IMG/VR virus record: IMGVR_UViG_3300032335_001357
Location: 1-63,887 of that record
Source: a virus
Lineage: Duplodnaviria > Caudoviricetes
DNA: 63,887 bases
Direction: 5' to 3' (one strand)
Shown here: one piece after another, positions 48,584 to 57,212 of the stretch
Position numbering within the stretch: position 1 is the first letter of the stretch
How the letters are laid out: each line of letters starts with the position of its first letter
Position numbers and translations under genes: made by a program
Notes under the pieces: model-generated
What the model was told of the DNA's origin: nothing
Seen by the model: the letters and a program-made list of their open reading frames with translations, nothing else
Database searches by the model: none

Positions 48584-49098
48584 AAGCCTTATGCATGGTA
48601 GCACATCCTGATGATTGTGTTATTTTTGGGTATCCCTATATCTATCACCACTCAGACTGGTCTTGGACTGTGGGTTATCTAACCTACACTGCTGACAGTG
48701 AACGTGGCCAAGAACTGGCTGAGTTCTGGCGCAGCCGTGGCATCAACACAGTGTTTCTTGGTTACGAGGATCATCCAAGGGACTATGAGAACCAAGCCTG
48801 TCTCACCTGGGATCCTATGCAAGCCATGAACTCAGTGCGTCAACTTTGTCATAGCCATGACATAGTGCTGAGTCACAGTGCCGAAGGCGACTACGGCCAT
48901 GTGCATCACAGACTGGTACATGAGGCAGTGAGTCAGCATCCAGGTTTGGTAACCTTTGCTGCCCCAGGTACTGGAACTGTTACATTTACTCTGCCAGACA
49001 CTGCCTACAGTCTTGATGAGTTGCCGCAACATCGTGACATCATTGCTGGGTTCCATGTCAACGAGCATACCAATAGCTATCAGGAGTCAGCACAATGA
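48580..49098 (+). CDS. PIG-L/LmbE-family deacetylase
   Basis: VAHPDD and GDYGHVHH motifs. Confidence 0.8.
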   Translation: MKALCMVAHPDDCVIFGYPYIYHHSDWSWTVGYLTYTADSERGQELAEFWRSRGINTVFLGYEDHPRDYENQACLTWDPMQAMNSVRQLCHSHDIVLSHSAEGDYGHVHHRLVHEAVSQHPGLVTFAAPGTGTVTFTLPDTAYSLDELPQHRDIIAGFHVNEHTNSYQESAQ

Positions 49099-49904
49099 AA
49101 CTCATGGTAGCAGGGTGCAGTTATTCAGCACCCAGTAAAACATTGCCGGGCACGGCCTGGAGCGAAGTCATGGCTCAGCGTCTGGGTTGGGATCTATTGA
49201 ACCTGGCTCGTCAAGGTTGCAGCAACGGCGGTGTGAGAGTACAGATTGAAGAAATTCGTCGCCAACGGCCTGACTTTGCTGTCATTACCCCAACATTCTG
49301 GGACCGAATGGAAATTCCTGCCTCGGCAGCGCCATACATTCCTGGGGATAACGAACAGCGTGGTTCAGCACCAGACCTACAGCGACATTTACAAAACACC
49401 AAGTTAAAAAATGGCTATGATCGAACAGCCGGTATTGACAATGTGAACTATGGCAACAATCCCTATAGAATGATCTGCGAAACTATTTTTAGTCTGGCTG
49501 AAAATTATCCGCATCAATATCGTTCACAGACCATTAGTCGCGACGCACAAACTGCGGTCAAGCACTACATCAACAACCTGTATGATTCAGAATGGAAGAA
49601 GCAACAAGACGAGTGGATCATACGCGAAGGCATCATGCAACTGTACCTGGATGGTATCAACTTTGTAGTGGTGCCGATCTTACTGTGGCCATTTGATCCC
49701 AATCATCTCACTCAGTGGCGCGATGCTTTCCCCCCAATGATTCCGGACCGTAACATCATGCTGGCCGAAATGGAAAGTTACTTGCCCATCAGCAGCAGAC
49801 ACGAAGCCAAAGAAGATCCTGGATATCACATGGCACCGTCGGGCCAAGTAGAAATTGCTGAAAACATGTTGCGCAGAATGCGCACGGACTTTGGTCTAGA
49901 GTGA
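49095..49904 (+). CDS. SGNH hydrolase-like protein
   Basis: VAGCSYS, NLARQGCSN, C-terminal PGYH. Confidence 0.65.
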   Translation: MKLMVAGCSYSAPSKTLPGTAWSEVMAQRLGWDLLNLARQGCSNGGVRVQIEEIRRQRPDFAVITPTFWDRMEIPASAAPYIPGDNEQRGSAPDLQRHLQNTKLKNGYDRTAGIDNVNYGNNPYRMICETIFSLAENYPHQYRSQTISRDAQTAVKHYINNLYDSEWKKQQDEWIIREGIMQLYLDGINFVVVPILLWPFDPNHLTQWRDAFPPMIPDRNIMLAEMESYLPISSRHEAKEDPGYHMAPSGQVEIAENMLRRMRTDFGLE

Positions 49905-50990
49905 CCAATGCTCTGCAGGAATCAGTTCCTGCATACGCTGCTGCCATTCCGCAATGCAACGTTGTTCTAGAGTCAGCATGTGATTGAGATTGTGTTCCAG
50001 CCGTGGTCGTAACTTTTGATACACTGCCGCAGGATCTTCAAATCTGGCCAGTTGTTCCGCAGCGTGCCAGGCACGCTCAAATCGTTTCCAGTCTCGATGA
50101 AAGTCGTCAGTGTCGTAGCTTTCGTCTATGACATCACCAAAGGTTTCAAATCCCATGTTGCGAAGATTTTGCAAAAAGTTTTGGGGGGCAAACCAAATAC
50201 ACACTCGTTGACTCAAGAAAACCTTGGTTGATTTTTCTGTTGGAAAAAATCCTCGTCCAGTGAAGTTGGTCTCAGGCACAATGCTGTAATGAGTGTGTTG
50301 GTACAGTCCTGAAGGTATGGGAAAGTTAATGGTGTTGTAGGCAATGTCAGACACTGGTTCCCAAGCAGGATCGTAGTTGGGGCTGATATAAGGAAATTTT
50401 AACTCTGTGTCAAAGAATATATTTTGAAATTCTTTGCTGGCCATGTTGGTATAGCCGCCAGGAAATCCGCGGTAGTTTACCACACTGTGTTGCAACAACC
50501 CACTGCGAGTCATGGCCAACATGATGTAGTCACGATGTGGTCGACGTGCGCCCATCATGGCTTCGAATATGTAGGGTTTTTGGCCTGGCTGGTCAATTAC
50601 ATATCCAGGATTGACGTGCAGTGTTCTCATCATCCAGTATGGATTGAATAATGTGTGTTGCCGGGGACTTTCAGGCTCTCGACTGCCGGCCAGCAGCAAA
50701 TAATTATTGACTCCAGTGGATCTGATCCACTCATCAGTCTTGGCCCAAGACCGTGTTTCAATTTCGCGGAACAACACTAAATCAAATTGAGTTAGATCAA
50801 TTGCTATCCTGGGTAAATTTATACCTGGCCATTGATCGTCGCTGTTGAAAAATGTTGGCATTAGAGCAATTTTAAACGGACATGCCAACACTGTGTCAAG
50901 ATCCTGCGTTCGATCACATGGCCAGGCAAACTCACTCTGAACACCAATGAAATCCGCCAGCGGATCGTAAACAGGATATCGAAATTTCAT
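49896..50990 (-). CDS. Glycosyltransferase-like protein (GT-B-like C-terminus)
   Basis: SIVPET...PTEKSTK...LRNMGFETF..IDESYD motif. Confidence 0.55.
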   Translation of the reverse strand: MKFRYPVYDPLADFIGVQSEFAWPCDRTQDLDTVLACPFKIALMPTFFNSDDQWPGINLPRIAIDLTQFDLVLFREIETRSWAKTDEWIRSTGVNNYLLLAGSREPESPRQHTLFNPYWMMRTLHVNPGYVIDQPGQKPYIFEAMMGARRPHRDYIMLAMTRSGLLQHSVVNYRGFPGGYTNMASKEFQNIFFDTELKFPYISPNYDPAWEPVSDIAYNTINFPIPSGLYQHTHYSIVPETNFTGRGFFPTEKSTKVFLSQRVCIWFAPQNFLQNLRNMGFETFGDVIDESYDTDDFHRDWKRFERAWHAAEQLARFEDPAAVYQKLRPRLEHNLNHMLTLEQRCIAEWQQRMQELIPAEHWSL

Positions 50991-51865
50991 GTTGCCAATG
51001 CCGCTAATACCATGTCACAATAGTGTTCAAAGTTGGGCACTGTCATGGTGTCCCAGTCAAATTGCATGCTGTGCCTGAGATCAGGCACAGCATCACACAC
51101 GGCATTGAACTGACTTGGATCAAGGGTCTGTAATTTGTTCAAGCTGTCGTATTCAAATCGTCGCTGCTGCTGATAGGTTATGTTGCCGCGATGCACAGCC
51201 CAATTGCCCAAGAACTCGTATTCTGAAAACCACTTGATGATGTTGCCAGTGCCCCAAGGCGGTACTGTGGGCATGCCGGGCACAGCATCAATTATGGCAT
51301 CTAACCAGTGTTTGTTGGGCCACCGTTGCAGCAAGTGTGCTTTGAGCGACTGAAAATCTTGGCCACGCACCGGTACAAATTCAGTCACAAAACAATGTGG
51401 GGTTGTGCGCGGTATGCCAGTAATGGCTTCAAACACTCCTTCATAGCTGCCTTGTGTGGTATCCATCAAGGTCATCATGTTCACAGTGTCAGTGTTGGGG
51501 TCATAGCAACGATAGGGTTCGATCATGAAAGTGTCTGGATCCCACATCAGCATAGCATCATCGTTGATGATGTCAAGATAACTGAGTTTGATGGCCTGCT
51601 GGCGTAACCACCAACCTCGGTAGTCGTCAGGAAACACCCAGTTGTTGACTTGGGGGTACTGTTGGTAAACAACATCATCTGTGATGTACTCAAACCGAGA
51701 CGTGTCAATGTCATAGGCATCAAATGCACGCCATAGGTCGTCACGTGGCACCGGACTGCACACTATGGTTCGGTCAATGCCCACAATGTTGTGATCCCAC
51801 TGCATGCTGAACAGTGCATGCGGCACTCGATATTTGGCAAGGAAAAGCAGTCTACTTACAGTCAT
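50987..51865 (-). CDS. Glycosyltransferase-like protein (DUF6492-like)
   Basis: GWWLRQQAIKL, WDPDTF, FSEYE..G; paralogue of 47756. Confidence 0.6.
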   Translation of the reverse strand: MTVSRLLFLAKYRVPHALFSMQWDHNIVGIDRTIVCSPVPRDDLWRAFDAYDIDTSRFEYITDDVVYQQYPQVNNWVFPDDYRGWWLRQQAIKLSYLDIINDDAMLMWDPDTFMIEPYRCYDPNTDTVNMMTLMDTTQGSYEGVFEAITGIPRTTPHCFVTEFVPVRGQDFQSLKAHLLQRWPNKHWLDAIIDAVPGMPTVPPWGTGNIIKWFSEYEFLGNWAVHRGNITYQQQRRFEYDSLNKLQTLDPSQFNAVCDAVPDLRHSMQFDWDTMTVPNFEHYCDMVLAALAT

Positions 51866-52905
51866 TTTTTGGTACAGTTATTGACACACGCAAACAGCCT
51901 ACCTGATCGTATGTTGGCATGCTGCCATGTTTGTTCTACTTGTTCAAACCACTCAAGACAGTGAGACAAAGGATACTGCAATGCATTGTTTTCACGAGCA
52001 ATCAATTTAATTTGCTCATTGCCAGGATGCAACATCTGCCCAGGATAAAACCCCATGTAACAGCAAGGCCACACAGATCCGTCGGCTGCTATGTAGATTT
52101 CTTCTTGTTTGAGGTGTGCACAATCTAACGGTGCATGATCCTGATCCTGGGGTATACGAGTAGTTGCTGGTTTAAACCATTGCACATGGTATTCTACCAT
52201 TTCTGTCGCTGGTCTTGGAAGTTGTGTGTCAGGCTCACCAATCCAATGACTGAACTCGCCATCACGACGATACACTGGCCCACGATCTCGCCCATCCCAG
52301 ATATTTTCAAATCGCAAGAATCCCATCTCTTGAGCCATTTGTCTACACTGTTGTTCTTGATGGCGATTGTGATCAAACGGTATAAACCGCCATATGGCCT
52401 GGCCACCTGCGGCTATCAAGGCCTGTGCATTTTCTATCACACGATGCCAGTCAGTGTCTTGACGATACAAATTGTGAGTATCAGCTAAACCGTCCAATGC
52501 AAAACCCACTGTGACCCCGGGCAATGCCAACTGAGCCCACCACTCTGGACTGCGTGTGCTGCCATTGGTGGTGATGTTGACCAACACGTCATGGTCCACA
52601 AGGTAACGAACAATTTCTGCTGCGTCGCGTGCCAGACCAAAGTCGCCAAGATTGCCATTGATGTTGACACCGTACCAACGATAGGCCACATGTGCAAACC
52701 CGTCGTCAGGAAAAGGCGGATGCCTAATTTGTTTGAGAATTTCAGGTGTTAGAATCTGTCGAAAGTTGTCCAAGCTGAGTTCACACAGTGGGTAGCCTGA
52801 GTTGAAATCGTGACCTCGATAGTTACGTGGACACATGGGGCAACGGGCATTGCATCTAGTGGTGAGCTCTACGTGCACCCGACGTATTTGGTCAATTCGC
52901 AGCAT
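51862..52905 (-). CDS. Radical SAM/SPASM protein
   Basis: CNARCPMC, GNLGD, TTNG, ALDG, IAADGSVWPCC; start MLRIDQ. Confidence 0.88.
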   Translation of the reverse strand: MLRIDQIRRVHVELTTRCNARCPMCPRNYRGHDFNSGYPLCELSLDNFRQILTPEILKQIRHPPFPDDGFAHVAYRWYGVNINGNLGDFGLARDAAEIVRYLVDHDVLVNITTNGSTRSPEWWAQLALPGVTVGFALDGLADTHNLYRQDTDWHRVIENAQALIAAGGQAIWRFIPFDHNRHQEQQCRQMAQEMGFLRFENIWDGRDRGPVYRRDGEFSHWIGEPDTQLPRPATEMVEYHVQWFKPATTRIPQDQDHAPLDCAHLKQEEIYIAADGSVWPCCYMGFYPGQMLHPGNEQIKLIARENNALQYPLSHCLEWFEQVEQTWQHANIRSGRLFACVNNCTKK

Positions 52906-52910
52906 AGAGA

Positions 52911-52938
52911 TATTTATAGGCGTAGTTTTTGCTAAATA
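52911..52938. promoter_or_regulatory. Back-to-back divergent late promoters
   Basis: Full T4 TATAAATA on the - strand (52911-18) and TAAATA on the + strand (52933-38), each 5-6 nt from an ATG. Confidence 0.75.
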
Positions 52939-52944
52939 TAGTTT

Positions 52945-53241
52945 ATGCAGATCCAGGATATTCAGGTGCTGTGCGATGTGTACTGCAAGTGGCAAGATGT
53001 TCAGCCGGTGTATCGTTGCTGGGTCAATGACGAACTGTTTGCTGAACGTACCTGGATCTGGAACAATGTGTATCTTGAAGAACAACTGCAAATTCATGCA
53101 CCAGCTGGTCAATACACTGTGAGATTTGAACTGGTCAACAGCAATGGTGCCAGACTCAAAGTGCGCAATATTCGTGTGCTGTCAGGACCAGGTCGCATGG
53201 TGTCAGAAAATTGTGTGGAGATCTATCATGAAGCTGCGTGA
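52945..53241 (+). CDS. Hypothetical protein
   Basis: YRCWVNDELFAERTW; follows the late promoter. Confidence 0.7.
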   Translation: MQIQDIQVLCDVYCKWQDVQPVYRCWVNDELFAERTWIWNNVYLEEQLQIHAPAGQYTVRFELVNSNGARLKVRNIRVLSGPGRMVSENCVEIYHEAA

Positions 53242-53431
53242 AATTGTTGAATCTGCGGGCACTGTGAGTGGTGCCATTGCCACTGTGGCACAACCCTTGG
53301 GCATGCAATCAAGAGCCGGTGGCTCACTGTTGAGTGGTAAATACACCACTGATCCCACGCCTAACACGCCTGGGAAATACAAAAGGAAAAACAATGCTAG
53401 CGGACAGTTTAAAAACTCTATTGGCCACTGA
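53228..53431 (+). CDS. Small protein with MKLREIVE leader
   Basis: Leader resembles the other putative head-internal proteins. Confidence 0.6.
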   Translation: MKLREIVESAGTVSGAIATVAQPLGMQSRAGGSLLSGKYTTDPTPNTPGKYKRKNNASGQFKNSIGH

Positions 53432-53837
53432 GTACGCCTTTGTGATCAAGGCCCAGCTGTTTCACTGGAATGTGGAAGGCCCTGATTTTGCTCAGTTGCA
53501 TGAGTTTTTTGGCAATATCTACGAAGAAGTGTATGACAATGCCATTGATCAAACTGCAGAATTTATTCGTATCCTTGACGACTATACTCCAGGCAGCTTT
53601 GAACGTTTTCAAGAACTGTCTACTATTGCAGGACAGACCAAAATCCCCCGTGCCAGACTCATGATTGAAGAACTGGCTGCCAACAATCAGCAAGTGATTG
53701 ATCTACTCAACGAAACTTTTGCCGTGGCCGAAAGTGAGAATCAGCAAGGAATCATGGATTTTTTGGCCAGCCGTATTGATGCCCATGGCAAACACGGTTG
53801 GATGCTGAGAAGTTTTTTGAAAGATGAACGAGCATGA
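53394..53837 (+). CDS. dps: Dps / ferritin-like DNA protection protein
   Basis: FHWNVEGPDF.QLHEFF..IYEE, DQTAEFIR, KHGWMLRS. Confidence 0.92.
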   Translation: MLADSLKTLLATEYAFVIKAQLFHWNVEGPDFAQLHEFFGNIYEEVYDNAIDQTAEFIRILDDYTPGSFERFQELSTIAGQTKIPRARLMIEELAANNQQVIDLLNETFAVAESENQQGIMDFLASRIDAHGKHGWMLRSFLKDERA

Positions 53838-54568
53838 CCCAAGACATCCGCAGCATTCTTGAACGCATGACAGCCATCGAAGGTAGACTCACCCCAGTTA
53901 TGCCTGCCCGTGGCTTAAACCCACAGCAAAAAAGCGTGGATCAACTGCCGGCTTTGTTCAAGCCACGTTCAATATCGCCCACATTGACCAAAAAGCCTTA
54001 CCAAAAGCATCCCATGGATGGCAAACTGGTAGGCGGCGAAAGCGCTCCAACAGCAGCCAATGCCTTGGAAGAAGCCATGCAGGACGTGGAAGAGGATGTG
54101 TTGAGTCGAGTCAAGCGTGACCTCACCAACTATTTAGACAAGCTGGAAAAAGAAGCGCATCGTGATGATGGACAGCGTGAACGTGATACACCCGAGCTGG
54201 ACAAACTGGCCAAAAAGTCAAAGTTGGACCGTGATCTTGTGGTCAAAGCCAAAGACGCAGTGGAAAAGCAGCAGGCCGAAGAAGTTGCTGAAGACCCTAC
54301 ACAGCAAGAGCTGTCAGTGCACACACCGCCCCAACCTCAAGTCAATCCCACATTGCCAGAGGCTGCTCCCATCAAGACCTATGAGATGTATGACGGCACT
54401 GTGCTGGAAGCGCACGGCGATGAACAACGGGGATTTGAGCTGCGTCGCGGTGGCCGCAGCTTGCCCACACGTTTTGATCGACTGGATCATGCTGACATGG
54501 CAGTAAAATTGTATCAACGCCGACAGGCCAAACAGGATCTTTCACAAGACTACATTGAAGAGCGCTGA
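53834..54568 (+). CDS. Hypothetical acidic modular protein
   Basis: MTQDIRSILE start; several (V/L/I)xE sites; ends DYIEER. Confidence 0.7.
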   Translation: MTQDIRSILERMTAIEGRLTPVMPARGLNPQQKSVDQLPALFKPRSISPTLTKKPYQKHPMDGKLVGGESAPTAANALEEAMQDVEEDVLSRVKRDLTNYLDKLEKEAHRDDGQRERDTPELDKLAKKSKLDRDLVVKAKDAVEKQQAEEVAEDPTQQELSVHTPPQPQVNPTLPEAAPIKTYEMYDGTVLEAHGDEQRGFELRRGGRSLPTRFDRLDHADMAVKLYQRRQAKQDLSQDYIEER

Positions 54569-54655
54569 ACACCTTAGGACCGGTACTTGTTACCGCGGTG
54601 TGGCCGGCTGCTGGCCTGGACTAGTGATTCGCTACCACAACCCCCAAAAGTGAGC
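54569..54655 (+). ncRNA. Candidate structured RNA complementary to the DNA polymerase leader
   Basis: Stems ACACC/GGTGT, CGGTA/TACCG, GGCCG/TGGCC, TAGTG/CGCTA; five colinear blocks complementary to 57163-57201. Confidence 0.6.
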
Positions 54656-54664
54656 TTTAACATC

Positions 54665-55072
54665 ATGCCCCTAGATCAAGCCATTGAACACGTTAATCAG
54701 CGATTTCGTTACACTTCAGACCCTCGCAGTTTTTTCACTGACTACTGGTTTGTGATGCAGGACCGCAACGGAGTCATGCAGGGCGATTGTGACGATTATG
54801 CCATCACAGTGTTGTGGTTGATTTGTGGCGGATTTTGGCAGTTTGTTTGGAAAGTGCTGATACTACACCGTTATCGACTACACCGTGTGCGCACACGCAA
54901 CGGGGAGTATCATGTGGTTGCCGAAGTGGATGGTCGTTGGTACGATAACTGGACTCGCAGTGCAGTGAGTCGAGAGCAACTGTTTGACCAAACTGGGCAT
55001 CAATATGCCATGTGGTACGTGAGTCCTGTGATTGTTTGGTTTATGATTTGGGGATGGTTGCGACGTCAATGA
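54665..55072 (+). CDS. Transglutaminase-like cysteine protease fold protein
   Basis: GDCDDYA ... HVV ... YDN Cys-His-Asp triad. Confidence 0.7.
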   Translation: MPLDQAIEHVNQRFRYTSDPRSFFTDYWFVMQDRNGVMQGDCDDYAITVLWLICGGFWQFVWKVLILHRYRLHRVRTRNGEYHVVAEVDGRWYDNWTRSAVSREQLFDQTGHQYAMWYVSPVIVWFMIWGWLRRQ

Positions 55073-55809
55073 AGGACTATACTCTGTTGTCTCCGCCAGG
55101 CGCTGGGGGCAGTTGGCTAATTTCTACCCTGCATCAAATAATCAGTCGGCCAGGCCAAGCACACTATCACAAGGTATGGGTACAACCTGGGATTATGCGA
55201 AACATTCATCATCACAACTTGATGGAATACCAGCCACCAAATTTGGTTGTATGGGGTGGCATGAGTTGGTTTAACTTCTATCTCAACTTGATATACAAAC
55301 TTTATCATCTTGAACGGCACTGGCTTGTTGCAAGCCGTGCAAACTTTTTAACTATCAAAATGATCAAACTGGTTTCATTGATTCGCGAACACGAACGCCA
55401 TGTTAATCATTATGAGTGGGAGTGGTTGTTTAGTGATCAGTCACGGTTGCATCAAAAAATTGCAGAGTTTCAACTGCAACATGGTGCCAGTGTGATTGAT
55501 CGCAGCGAATTCGACGAACGAGCCCAACGCTACATACAGTCTTGTGTGAATCCAATTTTGATCTTTGAAGACTGGACCAACTTGTATTGGGTATGTGCGG
55601 TATTGGGGCAAGCCCTCTATCAATCACACAAATTAGACTTTACTGATTTACATATCCATTCACTATCTGATCAAGCTCGTGCACTGTACCCTAAACTAGA
55701 TGCTGTACCTTGTGTGGATCCCAAAACTAATTTGCGCATCCCTGACCTTGTGCCTTCTGTACACAATCCTGATCAAATCATTACTGTCTCAAAACCATTG
55801 ACACTGTAA
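55069..55809 (+). CDS. Sulfotransferase-like protein
   Basis: PPGAGGSWL loop and WFNFYLN motif, shared with the N-terminus of 38305. Confidence 0.45.
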   Translation: MKDYTLLSPPGAGGSWLISTLHQIISRPGQAHYHKVWVQPGIMRNIHHHNLMEYQPPNLVVWGGMSWFNFYLNLIYKLYHLERHWLVASRANFLTIKMIKLVSLIREHERHVNHYEWEWLFSDQSRLHQKIAEFQLQHGASVIDRSEFDERAQRYIQSCVNPILIFEDWTNLYWVCAVLGQALYQSHKLDFTDLHIHSLSDQARALYPKLDAVPCVDPKTNLRIPDLVPSVHNPDQIITVSKPLTL

Positions 55810-55826
55810 AATAGTTTGTGTAAAAT
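55798..55826 (+). promoter_or_regulatory. Sigma70 promoter
   Basis: TTGACA (55798-803), 17-nt spacer, TAAAAT (55821-26). Confidence 0.75.
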
Positions 55827-55845
55827 TAGTTCATAGGAGAACTTC

Positions 55846-56106
55846 ATGGAAAACAAAACCTTCAACGGCGAACAAAAAGCCAAACTCACACAGATCATCA
55901 ACGAGGGCATGCAAGTCATGCACGAAATTGATACCTTGCAAGGTGGCTTGACTGATACTATCAAGGCCGTGGCCGAAGAGCTTGAAATCAAACCTGCTGT
56001 GCTGAAAAAAGCCATTAAGATTGCACACAAAGCTGAATTTGGCAAAGCCAAACAAGATCACGAACTGTTGGAAACCATTCTTGAGACTGTGGGCAAGACT
56101 CTGTGA
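55846..56106 (+). CDS. Small dsDNA-binding protein (T4 DsbA / GapR-like)
   Basis: 86-aa helical protein, IKAVAEELEIKPAVLKKAIKIAHK; AGGAG SD. Confidence 0.6.
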   Translation: MENKTFNGEQKAKLTQIINEGMQVMHEIDTLQGGLTDTIKAVAEELEIKPAVLKKAIKIAHKAEFGKAKQDHELLETILETVGKTL

Positions 56107-57152
56107 AATTGGTCAAGTTTGGTAAAAAGCAGTTCCAAACACTGTACTGTCTTTCACCGTTTGTGAGCATTGCTGTGGACATCAACGGCGAGGTGTCGCT
56201 GTGCGGATGCAGTGACTGGCAACCCAGTACCATTGGCAACATTTTTGATCACAACCTTACTACCTTGCTCAGCAGTGATGCAGCACAAAAAATAAGAGCC
56301 AGCATTGGCAACGGCAGCTATATCTATTGTAACGAACAAACCTGCGGGATCATCAACAACCGCCAACTCAATCAAAGATCTAGTTTGCCTCCAGATGTGG
56401 TTCCGTTGATTGCCCACAGTGATCAATGGATTCCACCAAAAGAAATAGTACTGGCTGGCGATCTTACCTGCAACCTCAGTTGCCCTAGCTGTAGAAATCA
56501 GGTCATACGACTGGAAGATCAACAGCGTCAGCAACAACAAAATCTTGGACAGCGCCTGGCACAAAATCTTTTTGATCAACCGCATGATCAGCCCATCAAT
56601 CTCACTGTAAGCACTTCAGGAGAGATATTTGCCAGTGCATTCTTGTTGGACTTTGTTTCATCTATAGATACCACACAATTTCCAGGACTGGGTTTACGAT
56701 TACAGTCCAATGGATTATTGGCACCACGTAACTGGCATCGACTGGAGTCGTGTGCAGACCGAGTGCGTCAGATCACTGTGACTTTTGATGCTGCCAGAGC
56801 TAATACCTATCATCGTTTGAGACGTGGTGGTGCTTGGTCTAATCTTGTTGGTAGCCTTGAATTTTTACAGCAGAAAAAACAACAAACTGGCATGAGCTTG
56901 CATACTCGCATGGTGGTCCAACAAGCCAACTGGCAGGAAATTGAAGAATTTTATGAATTCAGTTGCAAGTATCAGGCAGATCGTGTAGAATATGTGCGTA
57001 TCACTGACTGGGGCACTTACGGGCCAGACTTTGCCATGCAAGATGTATTTGATCCACGTCACCCCGAGTATGCAGCAGCACAGGCAATGTTGAACACTGT
57101 GGCCAAACAATCAACGGTCTGGCTTGGTGGTGATTTACACATTGCTAAGTAA
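56103..57152 (+). CDS. Radical SAM protein with N-terminal SPASM/twitch-like domain
   Basis: CLSPF...GEVSLCGC, CNLSCPSC, SGEIF, SNG, TFDA. Confidence 0.85.
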   Translation: MKLVKFGKKQFQTLYCLSPFVSIAVDINGEVSLCGCSDWQPSTIGNIFDHNLTTLLSSDAAQKIRASIGNGSYIYCNEQTCGIINNRQLNQRSSLPPDVVPLIAHSDQWIPPKEIVLAGDLTCNLSCPSCRNQVIRLEDQQRQQQQNLGQRLAQNLFDQPHDQPINLTVSTSGEIFASAFLLDFVSSIDTTQFPGLGLRLQSNGLLAPRNWHRLESCADRVRQITVTFDAARANTYHRLRRGGAWSNLVGSLEFLQQKKQQTGMSLHTRMVVQQANWQEIEEFYEFSCKYQADRVEYVRITDWGTYGPDFAMQDVFDPRHPEYAAAQAMLNTVAKQSTVWLGGDLHIAK

Positions 57153-57160
57153 ACATAGAG

Positions 57161-57212
57161 TCGCTCACTTTACGAGCATGAATCAGGGCCTTCCGGCCAT
57201 AAACGGAGAACA
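57161..57212 (+). promoter_or_regulatory. Structured 5' leader of the DNA polymerase gene
   Basis: Hairpins GCTC-ACTTTAC-GAGC and GGCC-TTCC-GGCC precede the GGAGA SD; late-promoter-like TAAGTA at 57146-51. Confidence 0.6.

Noticed and set aside
52906-53112. Upstream extension of the radical SAM ORF to 53112
   Set aside because: It overlaps the divergent gene 52945 and the promoter pair; ATG 52905 follows TATAAATA.
54569-54655. tRNA or known ribozyme/riboswitch identity for the structured element
   Set aside because: No cloverleaf or T-loop, and I could not match it to an HDV, hammerhead, twister, pistol or riboswitch consensus by eye; an Rfam search is needed.
54587-54664. TTG-started N-terminal extension of the transglutaminase-like ORF
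   Set aside because: It runs through the structured element; ATG 54665 gives a compact domain.
54599-57201. Terminal inverted repeats of a transposon or invertible segment
   Set aside because: Complementarity is gapped and uses G-U pairs; no transposase, recombinase or target duplication is visible.
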